A stretch of 64,000 nucleotides of DNA, from the IMG/VR virus record IMGVR_UViG_3300048854_000060, positions 6,604 to 70,603 of that record. One strand, 5' to 3'. Source of the DNA: a virus. Taxonomy: Duplodnaviria; Caudoviricetes. The notes below the pieces were generated by a model, which made no database searches, had not been told where the DNA came from, and saw nothing but the letters and a program-made list of their open reading frames with translations. The position numbers were made by a program, and so were the translations under genes. Positions 8,047 through 17,028 of this stretch are shown here, one piece after another (within the stretch, counting starts at the first letter, position 1; every line of letters begins with the position of its first letter).

Positions 8047-9105
8047 TTAAGAGTACTCGTAGATCACAATAATGCCGGGCGCACCTGCGCCGCCTGGCTG
8101 GCCGGCAGTGCTGGCAGTGTTCACGCTCGCACCGCCGCCACCTCCACCGAACCCCTTTGCTGACTGACCAGCCGAGACGCCCTGGGTATTATTTCCTCCC
8201 GTCCCCATGCGCGAACTGCCGCCACCACTACCGGCCGCCAGAGCGCCGCCACCTAAAATGGAGAAGTTCGCGCCCTGACCCGGAATGTTTTCGAGCGTCA
8301 CCGAACCAGCCGGTAGCGAAACGGTTGCGGCTGCTGGACCGAGCGCACCGTTGAACGGGGTAAGCGATCCCTGTGCCGCAACGACGCCACCAGCTAATCC
8401 CCCCGGGCAGGAAATTATCGAGCCGAACGAAGTTGCTCCACCCGCCCCGCCAGCGCCACCAACGGCCCCAGCGGATCCGGCAGCCCCAATAGTTACCGGA
8501 ATGCTGGCGGGAAGCCCTTGCGTGAGCATCGATGCGGAATAATAGCTGCCGCCCGATCCGCCAAGCCCCATCGACGACTGCGCGGCCCCGGTGGCCGGAG
8601 CGCCGTTGCCGCCAGCGCCAGCCGCTTGAACACACACGATGATCGTTGCGACCGACGATGAGGAAATACTGTATGTGCCACTAGCCGTAAAGGTGCGAAT
8701 GTTTAGGAGGCGACCAGGATTGACCTGTTGAAACTGCGGCGCCTGATTTGCCGATGTCGCAGGAGCAACCGCAAACGGGTCGTTCGGATTGCCCAGCGCA
8801 GTCGCAACCGTTCCAGCGGTCGGCGCACAGAACGTATAGTCCCCGACGTTCCAGTTGAGCGCGCCTGTGCCTTCCTGGGCACGGGTAACCGTTAAGGAGA
8901 CGCCTGAGATCGCCGTAACATAGACAATCTCGTAACTCTGCCCAGTGGCGGCGTCATTGAGCGTCAGCGGCATGATCTGCCCGGCCGTCAGCGTCGGTAG
9001 ATTGGCGCTACTGGCAAGCGTCACTGTGGTCGACCCCGAGCCAGACGACGGCAACGCCGCGGCAAGCTGGGTATTGACGTTATTGGCGATGACGTATTGC
9101 GTCAT
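8047..9105 (-). CDS. Tail fibre protein with Gly-rich C-domain
   Basis: EIVYVTAISG..LTVTRAQEGT.A..W anchor; start reassigned to ATG 9105. Confidence 0.8.
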   Translation of the reverse strand: MTQYVIANNVNTQLAAALPSSGSGSTTVTLASSANLPTLTAGQIMPLTLNDAATGQSYEIVYVTAISGVSLTVTRAQEGTGALNWNVGDYTFCAPTAGTVATALGNPNDPFAVAPATSANQAPQFQQVNPGRLLNIRTFTASGTYSISSSSVATIIVCVQAAGAGGNGAPATGAAQSSMGLGGSGGSYYSASMLTQGLPASIPVTIGAAGSAGAVGGAGGAGGATSFGSIISCPGGLAGGVVAAQGSLTPFNGALGPAAATVSLPAGSVTLENIPGQGANFSILGGGALAAGSGGGSSRMGTGGNNTQGVSAGQSAKGFGGGGGGASVNTASTAGQPGGAGAPGIIVIYEYS

Positions 9106-9188
9106 TTGGTGGGCCCAATAGAAAAAGCCCGCGCGCGGCGGGCCGTAGAAACGAAGAGTCCGCTCAGGGGCGGTAAAGGATTTTTTTG

Positions 9189-10937
9189 CTACAGCGGTCC
9201 AGATCCGCCAATCTTCCAAGCAGTCCCATCAAAGAAGATGTTCTGAACGGTACCGGCTGTGGTCAATTGCGCGATCGTGGCACTTGTATCCACATCCTGA
9301 ATTACTACATTGAATGCGCCCGTTGCAGACGCTTGCCGCTGGAATACAAACGGTGCCTGAAAGTCCGAGATATTTGCCTTGAGCGGAAGTTGATAAGTTA
9401 TATTGGCAGTTAGAGGCGTCGAAAAAATAGTCAACAGGGGATCGGCATACCCCATTGCATAACTTGCCCCGCTCGCGACAGTGGAATACTTGTGGCTCAG
9501 GATTGGCACATAACTATAACCGCCGCTATACGGCGCCACCGCACCCTTCGTCAGTAGATGCTGGCCGTTCAGCGTGACTTTATTTGTCACCCAGAAGTCG
9601 GCAGCGGATATTACTGAACTGGCATTCGGACTCGTCGTTGTAACATTGGAAAGTACTGGGGTAGCATGAAACCAGAGAGTCCCACAACTCACCACGGATA
9701 TAAACGTGGTGTTGAGAAGAAGGTATGCGCTTTTGAACTGGCATCCAGTTAGTGAGTACTCAACGCGAAAGCTTTGACTATTGTTCAGAACGCACGGTGA
9801 GTAAAAGTAACACCCAATAAATACCCCCGCCAATGATGTCGTTCCTCCCGACACATAACATGATGGCGTAGCAAGGTTATTGCCGTCGAGATCAAATTCG
9901 CAACCGCGCCACCGCGTCGCGTTGGTGGCGCCGAATCGCGTGACCCCGAGATCGGTCTGCGTGACGACGAAATTCCAACAATGAAGGTCTACAAAATCCC
10001 AACCCGAACAGATTTCGATATTGACGTTGGCCTTCGCGTTGTCAAACGCCCGGCAGCGCTCCAGGATACCATCTGCGTTATTGTTCAGGCCCGGGGAATT
10101 CACATAGAGACCGTGACCGCCATTGGCATAGAAGTCGCATCCGACCCAATTGTTGTTATTGAGGGAAGAGGTGACGTTAGTGCCATTCCGCACTGCGCCG
10201 GCCTGCATATGCCCGTGCCCCGCAGCATTAAACACATTCATTCGCTCAAACAGCGAATTCCAGTGTTGCGTAATGAGGCCAGCGGTCGTCGCGAATCCAT
10301 TCAGATCGATATTGAGATCGTGAATATGAATAGGCGAATTCACACCGTTGACGTTGTTCAGCCACTGGACTGACGCAATGCCATAAGCCGCGTCCGTACC
10401 AGCTGCAATTTTTTTCAGTACCCCATTTTGCCCGTCAAGGACAATGGCATAGGTCCGCGAAGGATCAGATCCAGTACCGGCATACGGTGAAGGGCTGGGC
10501 AGCGTCAGATTGGTGAACCCGTACACTTTAGCGGGAGACAGCATCCCGACTGCGCCGGCACCGAGCGCATTAAGCCACGACTGCAATGCTATCGTATCGT
10601 TGGTCGTACCATCGCCCTTCGCGCCGAAAAACTCCGGATAAATCGGAATAAGGTTTAGCGTCGAAGATACTGGCAGCGATCCGGCGCCTGATGCCGACGA
10701 GGTAAATCCATTAAAGATCTGGACTGTCCACTGCGCGATCTTCGTCAGCGTAGTCTGCAACAGCCCAGCACCGCGACTTATGGGCGCCGTCTCCGCGCCA
10801 GTCAGAGTGCCAGCATCGGTCGCGGTTCCATCCAGAATTTGCACCACGTCGGATTGCGACGCTGCACTTGCGAATTGCGCGTTCAGTTGGGCCGCGGTCA
10901 ACACCTGACCGGACACGAAATTAGACTCGACAGTCAT
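9189..10937 (-). CDS. Tailspike/depolymerase, pectate-lyase-like beta-helix
   Basis: YPEFFGAKGDGTTNDTIALQ motif followed by Asn-rich beta-helix sequence. Confidence 0.8.
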   Translation of the reverse strand: MTVESNFVSGQVLTAAQLNAQFASAASQSDVVQILDGTATDAGTLTGAETAPISRGAGLLQTTLTKIAQWTVQIFNGFTSSASGAGSLPVSSTLNLIPIYPEFFGAKGDGTTNDTIALQSWLNALGAGAVGMLSPAKVYGFTNLTLPSPSPYAGTGSDPSRTYAIVLDGQNGVLKKIAAGTDAAYGIASVQWLNNVNGVNSPIHIHDLNIDLNGFATTAGLITQHWNSLFERMNVFNAAGHGHMQAGAVRNGTNVTSSLNNNNWVGCDFYANGGHGLYVNSPGLNNNADGILERCRAFDNAKANVNIEICSGWDFVDLHCWNFVVTQTDLGVTRFGATNATRWRGCEFDLDGNNLATPSCYVSGGTTSLAGVFIGCYFYSPCVLNNSQSFRVEYSLTGCQFKSAYLLLNTTFISVVSCGTLWFHATPVLSNVTTTSPNASSVISAADFWVTNKVTLNGQHLLTKGAVAPYSGGYSYVPILSHKYSTVASGASYAMGYADPLLTIFSTPLTANITYQLPLKANISDFQAPFVFQRQASATGAFNVVIQDVDTSATIAQLTTAGTVQNIFFDGTAWKIGGSGPL

Positions 10938-11152
10938 TTTTTTTCCTGAAACGCAAAAACCGCCCGCAGGCGGCTTGTCAATTGATGGTCGTAAGCCAGA
11001 TGCCGCCGGAATCCCTCGCAGAGCAGCGGCAGACGTAACCGGAGGTGCTGTTAGCGCTCAACCCGGAGGGATGACGTAAAGACTTGGTTTTTTTGGGCAA
11101 CTCAAAGAGCCCGCACAGAACAAACCATGGGCGCCAAAGTGCCGATGTACCT

Positions 11153-11920
11153 TTACGAGAGGAGCGATTCATCCAGAATGAAGGTGGAATCGAGGCGGTA
11201 CGGCGGAATGATAAAAACGACGTTGAATTTGACCTGAAATGGCAATGCCAGATAGCCTTCGTCTAGAAGCGCCTGAAAAGTCTGAGCGATAGGACTCGCC
11301 GGCACGCCGATAGTCAAGGAACGGGCAGCCAAAGTCTTTCGGGACTGCCTTGTGTTGTAGGGCAACGTGTTGTATGCGGACGACCCGAACGGACCGGAGA
11401 AGCCAGATGAATTCCGGCTAATGCTGACCTTTTGAAAGTAGTCAGCCGGAATATCCGTGCCATTCGCCCCAAAGAGAAATCGCGCCACCCTCCGACGCAA
11501 CCATTGGATCGACATCTGCCGACCATCGCCCAGATATAGATGCCAGGTTAGAACACGCTTGTAAATATCGTCGCTGGCAACCTCTGTGGTCCCAGAATGA
11601 ACGCGTTTCCCAACGTTGTACGCGAGGGTGTTATACGGGACAGTGTTGTATGAACCGTAGCTTCGCGTCGTGAGCGTTGAAATGACAGGCCGCGGAATTC
11701 CATAAATCCCCAGGCCGATCCAGTCCAGGAGTGGGCCAGCGATATTGGGCGATGTATAGACGCTTAGCGGCGTTTCCAGAAACCAATTCAGATAACCCTG
11801 CGACAGCGAGTTGAAGGAAGCCACGAAGGCCTGAAGGCTTTCGTCGTCGCTATACTCGTTGTAAAGGTAGCTCGGTATGGAATTCTGTAAAGGCTGCGTA
11901 GCAAATGATTCAATTTGCAT
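11153..11920 (-). CDS. Baseplate wedge protein (DUF2612-like)
   Basis: LLDWIGLGIYG..RP, DDIYKR.L motifs; follows baseplate J. Confidence 0.7.
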   Translation of the reverse strand: MQIESFATQPLQNSIPSYLYNEYSDDESLQAFVASFNSLSQGYLNWFLETPLSVYTSPNIAGPLLDWIGLGIYGIPRPVISTLTTRSYGSYNTVPYNTLAYNVGKRVHSGTTEVASDDIYKRVLTWHLYLGDGRQMSIQWLRRRVARFLFGANGTDIPADYFQKVSISRNSSGFSGPFGSSAYNTLPYNTRQSRKTLAARSLTIGVPASPIAQTFQALLDEGYLALPFQVKFNVVFIIPPYRLDSTFILDESLLS

Positions 11921-11923
11921 CGC

Positions 11924-13132
11924 CTACCCCTGCGTAACGGTGACACCGCTGGCCGACGCGAGCATGTAGCTCTCAGGATCGCTCAGGATGATGCTCGTCC
12001 CAGCCTCCGGCGTTACGACAATGCCATTAATCGTCACCGTGAACGTCAATGTAGTGAGGTTATGGGTAGCCAATGCGCTCGCAACAGCACTCTGAAACGC
12101 GTTCTGCATCTCAAGCAGATTGATCGGTTGGCCGACGACAATGCTGTTGATATAACTCTGGATGGCGGGGGCGCCCAACTGGTTAACCTGCTCTCCTGCC
12201 GTGAAGTTCGGCAGGTTGGTGTTCCAGATCGTTGCGACGGTCACGACTTGTTGGGGCGGATTGACGTATGTAATGTTGTACTGATTCGGCGAATCCGTAA
12301 TCGTGACCGTAACGTTCCGATCCGTCGTGTTCGACCCGACGATAGTGGAAAGATCGAGAGTGCCCGCATAGATTGCTCTTGCCACCTGATACGGATCACC
12401 TCCGCCGCAGAGAACTTCCCAGCCAAACGTGGATTGCAGGATCGATACCAGCCTGGGAGTTACTCCCGGAACATCCGTCAATAGCGACTGAATGTATGCT
12501 GGCGTGCCTTGGCCGGCGACCTGATTGCCCTGAATGATCCGCGAACGGTAGCTTTGCACGCTCTCCGCGGATGTCGCTGGCGTCCCCGCTTGCGGGTTAG
12601 TCACTGTCATAGTCGCGCTATATGGACTAGGCAGCGAAGTTACAATCTGTGTGACGGTGTTTTGAGGAACGGAAAATGTTCCGCCCTGCGTCGCCACGGC
12701 GAGTAGGGGATTTGTGGAACCCCCGGTGCCGATCACGCCGCCATCTTGCACGACATACTGGTTTGTGCCATCGCCCACGACGAAACCTGCCGGAATAACA
12801 TAGCCCTCGGCGCTAACGTCCGTGAAGACGACCAGAACATTGGTATTATTGGGCGTTCCTTGCGCAATCCCCAGCATGATTCCTTGCTGCGCAAGGATGA
12901 AAGCGTTCGCTCCATATGGGGTAACACTATTCACTGCGTCCACACGGGCCTGATCCATCGTGATCATTGCGCCGACGTCAGTGGACGACACGTCTTCGAT
13001 GAGCAGACCGGGTAGATTTGCCGTGTAATCTGGAACGAGTGCCGCGACGCCGTTAATCAGCGCCTCGCGCAGCGTATCCGGGGCGGTCGGCATCGGACCA
13101 GCAGGCCCCATTACGAGTGGAATCGTGCTCAT
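11924..13132 (-). CDS. Baseplate J/gp47 family protein
   Basis: ESVQSYRSRI..G..VAGQGT..YI..LL.DVPGV motif, size, synteny. Confidence 0.85.
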   Translation of the reverse strand: MSTIPLVMGPAGPMPTAPDTLREALINGVAALVPDYTANLPGLLIEDVSSTDVGAMITMDQARVDAVNSVTPYGANAFILAQQGIMLGIAQGTPNNTNVLVVFTDVSAEGYVIPAGFVVGDGTNQYVVQDGGVIGTGGSTNPLLAVATQGGTFSVPQNTVTQIVTSLPSPYSATMTVTNPQAGTPATSAESVQSYRSRIIQGNQVAGQGTPAYIQSLLTDVPGVTPRLVSILQSTFGWEVLCGGGDPYQVARAIYAGTLDLSTIVGSNTTDRNVTVTITDSPNQYNITYVNPPQQVVTVATIWNTNLPNFTAGEQVNQLGAPAIQSYINSIVVGQPINLLEMQNAFQSAVASALATHNLTTLTFTVTINGIVVTPEAGTSIILSDPESYMLASASGVTVTQG

Positions 13133-13476
13133 GTGGCGACTGTTGTGGAAAGTATGGCGCCGCTGTGGCAGACGACAGAGACGTTGTATTGCGGAGGGAA
13201 TGAGCCGGCGACGCGAACGATCGTCAGAGACGCGAAGTACTGTGCGTACTGCTGCTGTATGTTTTGAACGTAATAGTCCGGAAACACCTGCGTCATTATC
13301 GTTTGCTGCTGTGGGATTCCTGTGTTTGCGTAAAACGGTGACTCGTTAAGATTAAGTTTCAGCGCCTGGCACAGTGCAGTCAGATAGCAGCTATCCGAAT
13401 AGCCATTGCTGTCCGTGGTAACAGCGACCCATGTCTTCGAGCCGTCTTCGTTGGTAATTCGGCCCCAAACTCGCAT
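13129..13476 (-). CDS. Baseplate wedge/sheath initiator (gp46/gp25-like)
   Basis: LKLNLNESPFYAN.GIP motif; synteny. Confidence 0.7.
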   Translation of the reverse strand: MRVWGRITNEDGSKTWVAVTTDSNGYSDSCYLTALCQALKLNLNESPFYANTGIPQQQTIMTQVFPDYYVQNIQQQYAQYFASLTIVRVAGSFPPQYNVSVVCHSGAILSTTVAT

Positions 13477-13500
13477 TTACGTGACCTTTAACTTTTAGCC

Positions 13501-14199
13501 ATGCCCGACCCGAGACCATCGAGCTTTTTCACGCACCAAAGCCTCGCGCAGTTATCGCGCGAATATCTGGTGATCGTGCTATTCCTGAAGAGCCGATCGG
13601 ATGCATTCCGGTGGGCGTTTGACGTCGCCAGCAAGGCAAGTCTGTTTGCCGAACGTGATCTGGAGACGATGGAAATCTATGTAGCGGGCTTCGCCTCAAC
13701 CTTTGAGGGCGCTGTTCAGGCGATGGACCTGATTCATTACGTGCGGGGCTGGAAGGGGACTCACTTCTATGCTCAAGGCCGGATGGTCATCGGAGAAATG
13801 CAGCAGGCGTTTCACCTCGAATCCGTGCTGAAATGCTTTGCTGATTCGTGCGCTGCCCGAGACTATCGCGCCCACTGCTTCAGACTGATAGATAGCCCGT
13901 TTGATCCCTTGGCACCCTATCGAACGTTTGACCACGTCGGCCCATACTTCAGGCACTTCGAGGCAAAGGCTGAAGATGGGACGTACGTCTTTCCGTGCAG
14001 ACACATGCTGCAGTGGTTTAGAGCGCAGAAAGACCATCCGGCATCAATTCCGGATCAGATTCAGGCGGAAGGCGTCGACAAAATGTGCGACGTTTGTCCG
14101 CGATTCGATCCTGACGAGTTCGGGGTAACTGCCATTAAACGAAGAGACCGAAAATTACCCAAAAGATCGAAAAGACCGGCAAGGAATATAAGGCTATGA
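13501..14199 (+). CDS. Uncharacterised Cys-containing moron, antisense to tail operon
   Basis: 232-aa ORF with C..DSC, HC, FPC and CDVCP motifs. Confidence 0.75.
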   Translation: MPDPRPSSFFTHQSLAQLSREYLVIVLFLKSRSDAFRWAFDVASKASLFAERDLETMEIYVAGFASTFEGAVQAMDLIHYVRGWKGTHFYAQGRMVIGEMQQAFHLESVLKCFADSCAARDYRAHCFRLIDSPFDPLAPYRTFDHVGPYFRHFEAKAEDGTYVFPCRHMLQWFRAQKDHPASIPDQIQAEGVDKMCDVCPRFDPDEFGVTAIKRRDRKLPKRSKRPARNIRL

Positions 14200-14335
14200 G
14201 GCTGATCGGATGGCTTGCCATCCTCAGTTCACCAGTCCTGCTTTTCTCGCACCATGGAGCGCTGTCAGCGGCGGCGCTGATGATTGGCATTGCCGTAACG
14301 ACATTGGCGCGCGTTGGCGCATGGTGGAATCACGG

Positions 14336-15019
14336 CTAATTTTGCATCGGGTCTGTTACGCCACCGCCATTCTGTACATTGGCATGGTTGTGCCCGTTCA
14401 CCGCCCCATTCGGCAGGATGACGTCAGGAGCTTGAATCGGAAGCGTCGATACAGCTTGAGAACCGCCCCACGTGAATGTCTGACCGCCCACAGTCAGCGT
14501 AATGCCCGATTCATTGACGACGAGTGTTGTTGTGCCGGCCGTGATCGTTGTGCCGCTCTGGTCAGTCACGATTGATGAAGTGGGCCCTTGGGTCGTGCGA
14601 ATGATTGCCCCGTTCGGACCTTGCACTTGTGCTGCGTTTTGATCGATCGGCCCGGAGTTGGCATTGCTAACCGGCACAAACACCAAAGCCGACAGATTGC
14701 CGCGGCGGCGTAAATCAGCCGTGCCGCCGCCGATTCCCGATACTCCTCCGAGATACGCGTCAGCGGGCATGGTCACGCCAGTGTCTCCAACTTGCGTTGG
14801 CATACGCATCCATTCGCTTTCGGCCTTTGGGATCGTGATAGGCGGCAGCGTCCATGGCGCGCTCGTCAGTTGAAATTCGACGGTAACTATCGATCCATTC
14901 ACTGCCGTCACCCGACAGGGCAGCGCGCGGCCCAGCGTGCCGATCGCCTGCTGGGCTTTGGTAACAGCAGTCTTGTTTAGGTTCTGCTGTAACCAGAGTT
15001 TGGAAAAATCGTCGCTCAT
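14336..15019 (-). CDS. Baseplate central spike (gpV/Gp138-like)
   Basis: LPCRVTAV, PTQVGD.G OB-fold; C-terminal HNH..VQ.GG metal-binding tip. Confidence 0.8.
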   Translation of the reverse strand: MSDDFSKLWLQQNLNKTAVTKAQQAIGTLGRALPCRVTAVNGSIVTVEFQLTSAPWTLPPITIPKAESEWMRMPTQVGDTGVTMPADAYLGGVSGIGGGTADLRRRGNLSALVFVPVSNANSGPIDQNAAQVQGPNGAIIRTTQGPTSSIVTDQSGTTITAGTTTLVVNESGITLTVGGQTFTWGGSQAVSTLPIQAPDVILPNGAVNGHNHANVQNGGGVTDPMQN

Positions 15020-15990
15020 GATGGTTTAAGCGGCAGGCATTTGACAACGGTACACCAGCTTCCGCCCTCAGGAGCCCGGTACGAGCCAATGTGTCGAATT
15101 TCGCTGATCTGGAAGCCGCCTTGAAAGGACGTCTGATATTTGTGACTGCTAGGATTTGCCTGTTGGGTTGTGCCGACTATGCCCGGAAGATTCTGAAGAC
15201 CCTGCGGCATATTGATGACCGACCCCACCTGAAGATCGCCACGCATGACGAACTTGCAGATCATCACGTTATCGGCTATCCACGTGGGTTGCCCGATAAA
15301 GTCGTTGAAGGACACTTGCACCACCGGAGGCGAGTAGGTGTCGTCCCAGACCAGAATACGACCATTCTGGATCGTGATACGCACGCCACTGTAGTCAGAG
15401 CCGAGAAATTGACCCTTCGTTATTCCCATTACCAACTGGGCCAGATCCTCGAGCGTCGAACTCATGTGAGGTTCGTCGTGGCTTTGCACGATTTTATCGC
15501 TGATGCTGACTGAAAGCGGTACGTTCGGATAAGCGACCGACAGGGTATTCTGCAGCGCCTGAGAGAGGGGTTGCCCAGCCTTCCAGTTGAGAACGATATT
15601 TCCTGGTGCGTTAATTGTGTATGGAGACGGCGCAATCACAAGGTCGAGCCGCTGGTCTATCCCCTCCCAATTGCCGTACGCCTGGAATACGCTTGCGACG
15701 GCCAGCGTGCCAGCCTGCTTTGGGTTAGCCAGCGGCAGACCGGTTTGCATTCCACCCTTAATGGAAATCTGCATGCCGGCGAACTGATTCGCTTGTGCGA
15801 GATCCGCCAATGGAACGCCGTGTACCGTGAGCACGTAAATATTCGTGAGCGCTGCGTAATCAGCGATCTGAAAATCGAACTCAATGTCCTGCGCTGCGGG
15901 GTTAAAGGCCCCTCCGGGATGCGATGTCCACTGGCGAGCGGGCTTTGATGCCCCTGGCGGCGTCAATGTAATGTCGTAATATCTGGTCAC
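15016..15990 (-). CDS. Baseplate hub protein
   Basis: Size, synteny, FIGQPTW and IRH.G motifs. Confidence 0.7.
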   Translation of the reverse strand: MTRYYDITLTPPGASKPARQWTSHPGGAFNPAAQDIEFDFQIADYAALTNIYVLTVHGVPLADLAQANQFAGMQISIKGGMQTGLPLANPKQAGTLAVASVFQAYGNWEGIDQRLDLVIAPSPYTINAPGNIVLNWKAGQPLSQALQNTLSVAYPNVPLSVSISDKIVQSHDEPHMSSTLEDLAQLVMGITKGQFLGSDYSGVRITIQNGRILVWDDTYSPPVVQVSFNDFIGQPTWIADNVMICKFVMRGDLQVGSVINMPQGLQNLPGIVGTTQQANPSSHKYQTSFQGGFQISEIRHIGSYRAPEGGSWCTVVKCLPLKPS

Positions 15991-16265
15991 GGCGTTACTT
16001 CGAAGTTGCCAGTGTCTTCACGATAAAGAATGACAGAGGTGCTGAATATGCCCGGGGCAAGCGGGATGTCCGCGTTAAGCGGAGAGCCAACCAATGCCCC
16101 GTACCAGATGACATCCCCAGCCTGATCAGTGAGTTGAAAGTAATAGCGTTGAGCAACGAGACTCCACAACACGGCGCCACTATACGCAACGCCATCAAGC
16201 GTGAAGATGGCGGAGAAGGGTGGCGAGATCGTTCTGTTCAGGTTAAACGGTATCAACGTGGCCAT
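15987..16265 (-). CDS. Baseplate plug-like protein
   Basis: 92 aa between hub and tube-cap genes. Confidence 0.6.
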   Translation of the reverse strand: MATLIPFNLNRTISPPFSAIFTLDGVAYSGAVLWSLVAQRYYFQLTDQAGDVIWYGALVGSPLNADIPLAPGIFSTSVILYREDTGNFEVTP

Positions 16266-16266
16266 G

Positions 16267-17028
16267 TCATTGCGTCAGAAAGTTGTTGACCGCACCTGCT
16301 ATATTGTTCACCCCCTGGACCGCACCTTGCGCAGCAGAGCCGACTGCAGTAGCGGCGCTTGACCAGATCGACGTTCCCGCGGCTCCCGATGGAATGATCT
16401 GCTGCCCTCCGGTCACCTTGCTAATCAGAGAGTTCTGTGCGGACAGCGCATCATTTTCAGTGACGAGCGGTTTGATGAAGTCCATTTGCCACATAATTTG
16501 CTGCTGACGGCCGCCTTCGCCACTCGTCACATCCTGCATGCCGGTCATGATGCAGTTGGTGTAGATGAAAGACGGCGTGGCAATGTGGTAAGTGCCGCCT
16601 GCAGCGTTGTGAGCCCTAAGTGACGTGCGCAGAGAGGTGAAAATTGCCAACTTCGACAAATATCCTCCGGCGTCTTTGACGGGCGCAATCATTAGCAGCG
16701 AAACAGCAAGTGGTTGCTCGATGATCGCGTTGGCTGCCACAGACTGGTTTGCGAACGGAAATGTGGCCACCGCGTTTGAAATTACGGTGGCGCCGGGCAC
16801 GGGCACAAACCTCGCGTAAAAATCGTCGAGCCCTGGAGACTGACCATTGATTGCGCCGGAAATCACGCCTCCGGCCAGCGCCGCCAACTGGCCGGTCAGT
16901 CCGATGATCGGCATCATTCCGCCAAGCGTGTTTGCGACGATGCCCCCATTCAGGATGATGGGACTCACCTGAAATGAGAGGTCGTAAATACTTCTCACGC
17001 CAGAAGAAACGGTTGTCGAAAGGCTCAT
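16267..17028 (-). CDS. Baseplate/tail-tube initiator protein
   Basis: Directly after tape measure; TPS.IY.NC....QD motif. Confidence 0.6.
   Translation of the reverse strand: MSLSTTVSSGVRSIYDLSFQVSPIILNGGIVANTLGGMMPIIGLTGQLAALAGGVISGAINGQSPGLDDFYARFVPVPGATVISNAVATFPFANQSVAANAIIEQPLAVSLLMIAPVKDAGGYLSKLAIFTSLRTSLRAHNAAGGTYHIATPSFIYTNCIMTGMQDVTSGEGGRQQQIMWQMDFIKPLVTENDALSAQNSLISKVTGGQQIIPSGAAGTSIWSSAATAVGSAAQGAVQGVNNIAGAVNNFLTQ

Noticed and set aside
8047-10937. Diversity-generating retroelement or invertible tail-fibre switch
   Set aside because: No reverse transcriptase, invertase, TR/VR pair or flanking inverted repeats seen.
11110-11146. GCACAG..CAAACCAT..GGGCGCCAAAG resembles the c-di-GMP-I riboswitch
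   Set aside because: The GAAA-capped P2 hairpin is missing and the orientation is antisense to flanking genes; only an Infernal search could rescue it.
13383-13395. GATAGC-A-GCTATC palindrome as an extra CI operator
   Set aside because: Half-site spacing is 1 nt instead of 4, and it lies in coding sequence.
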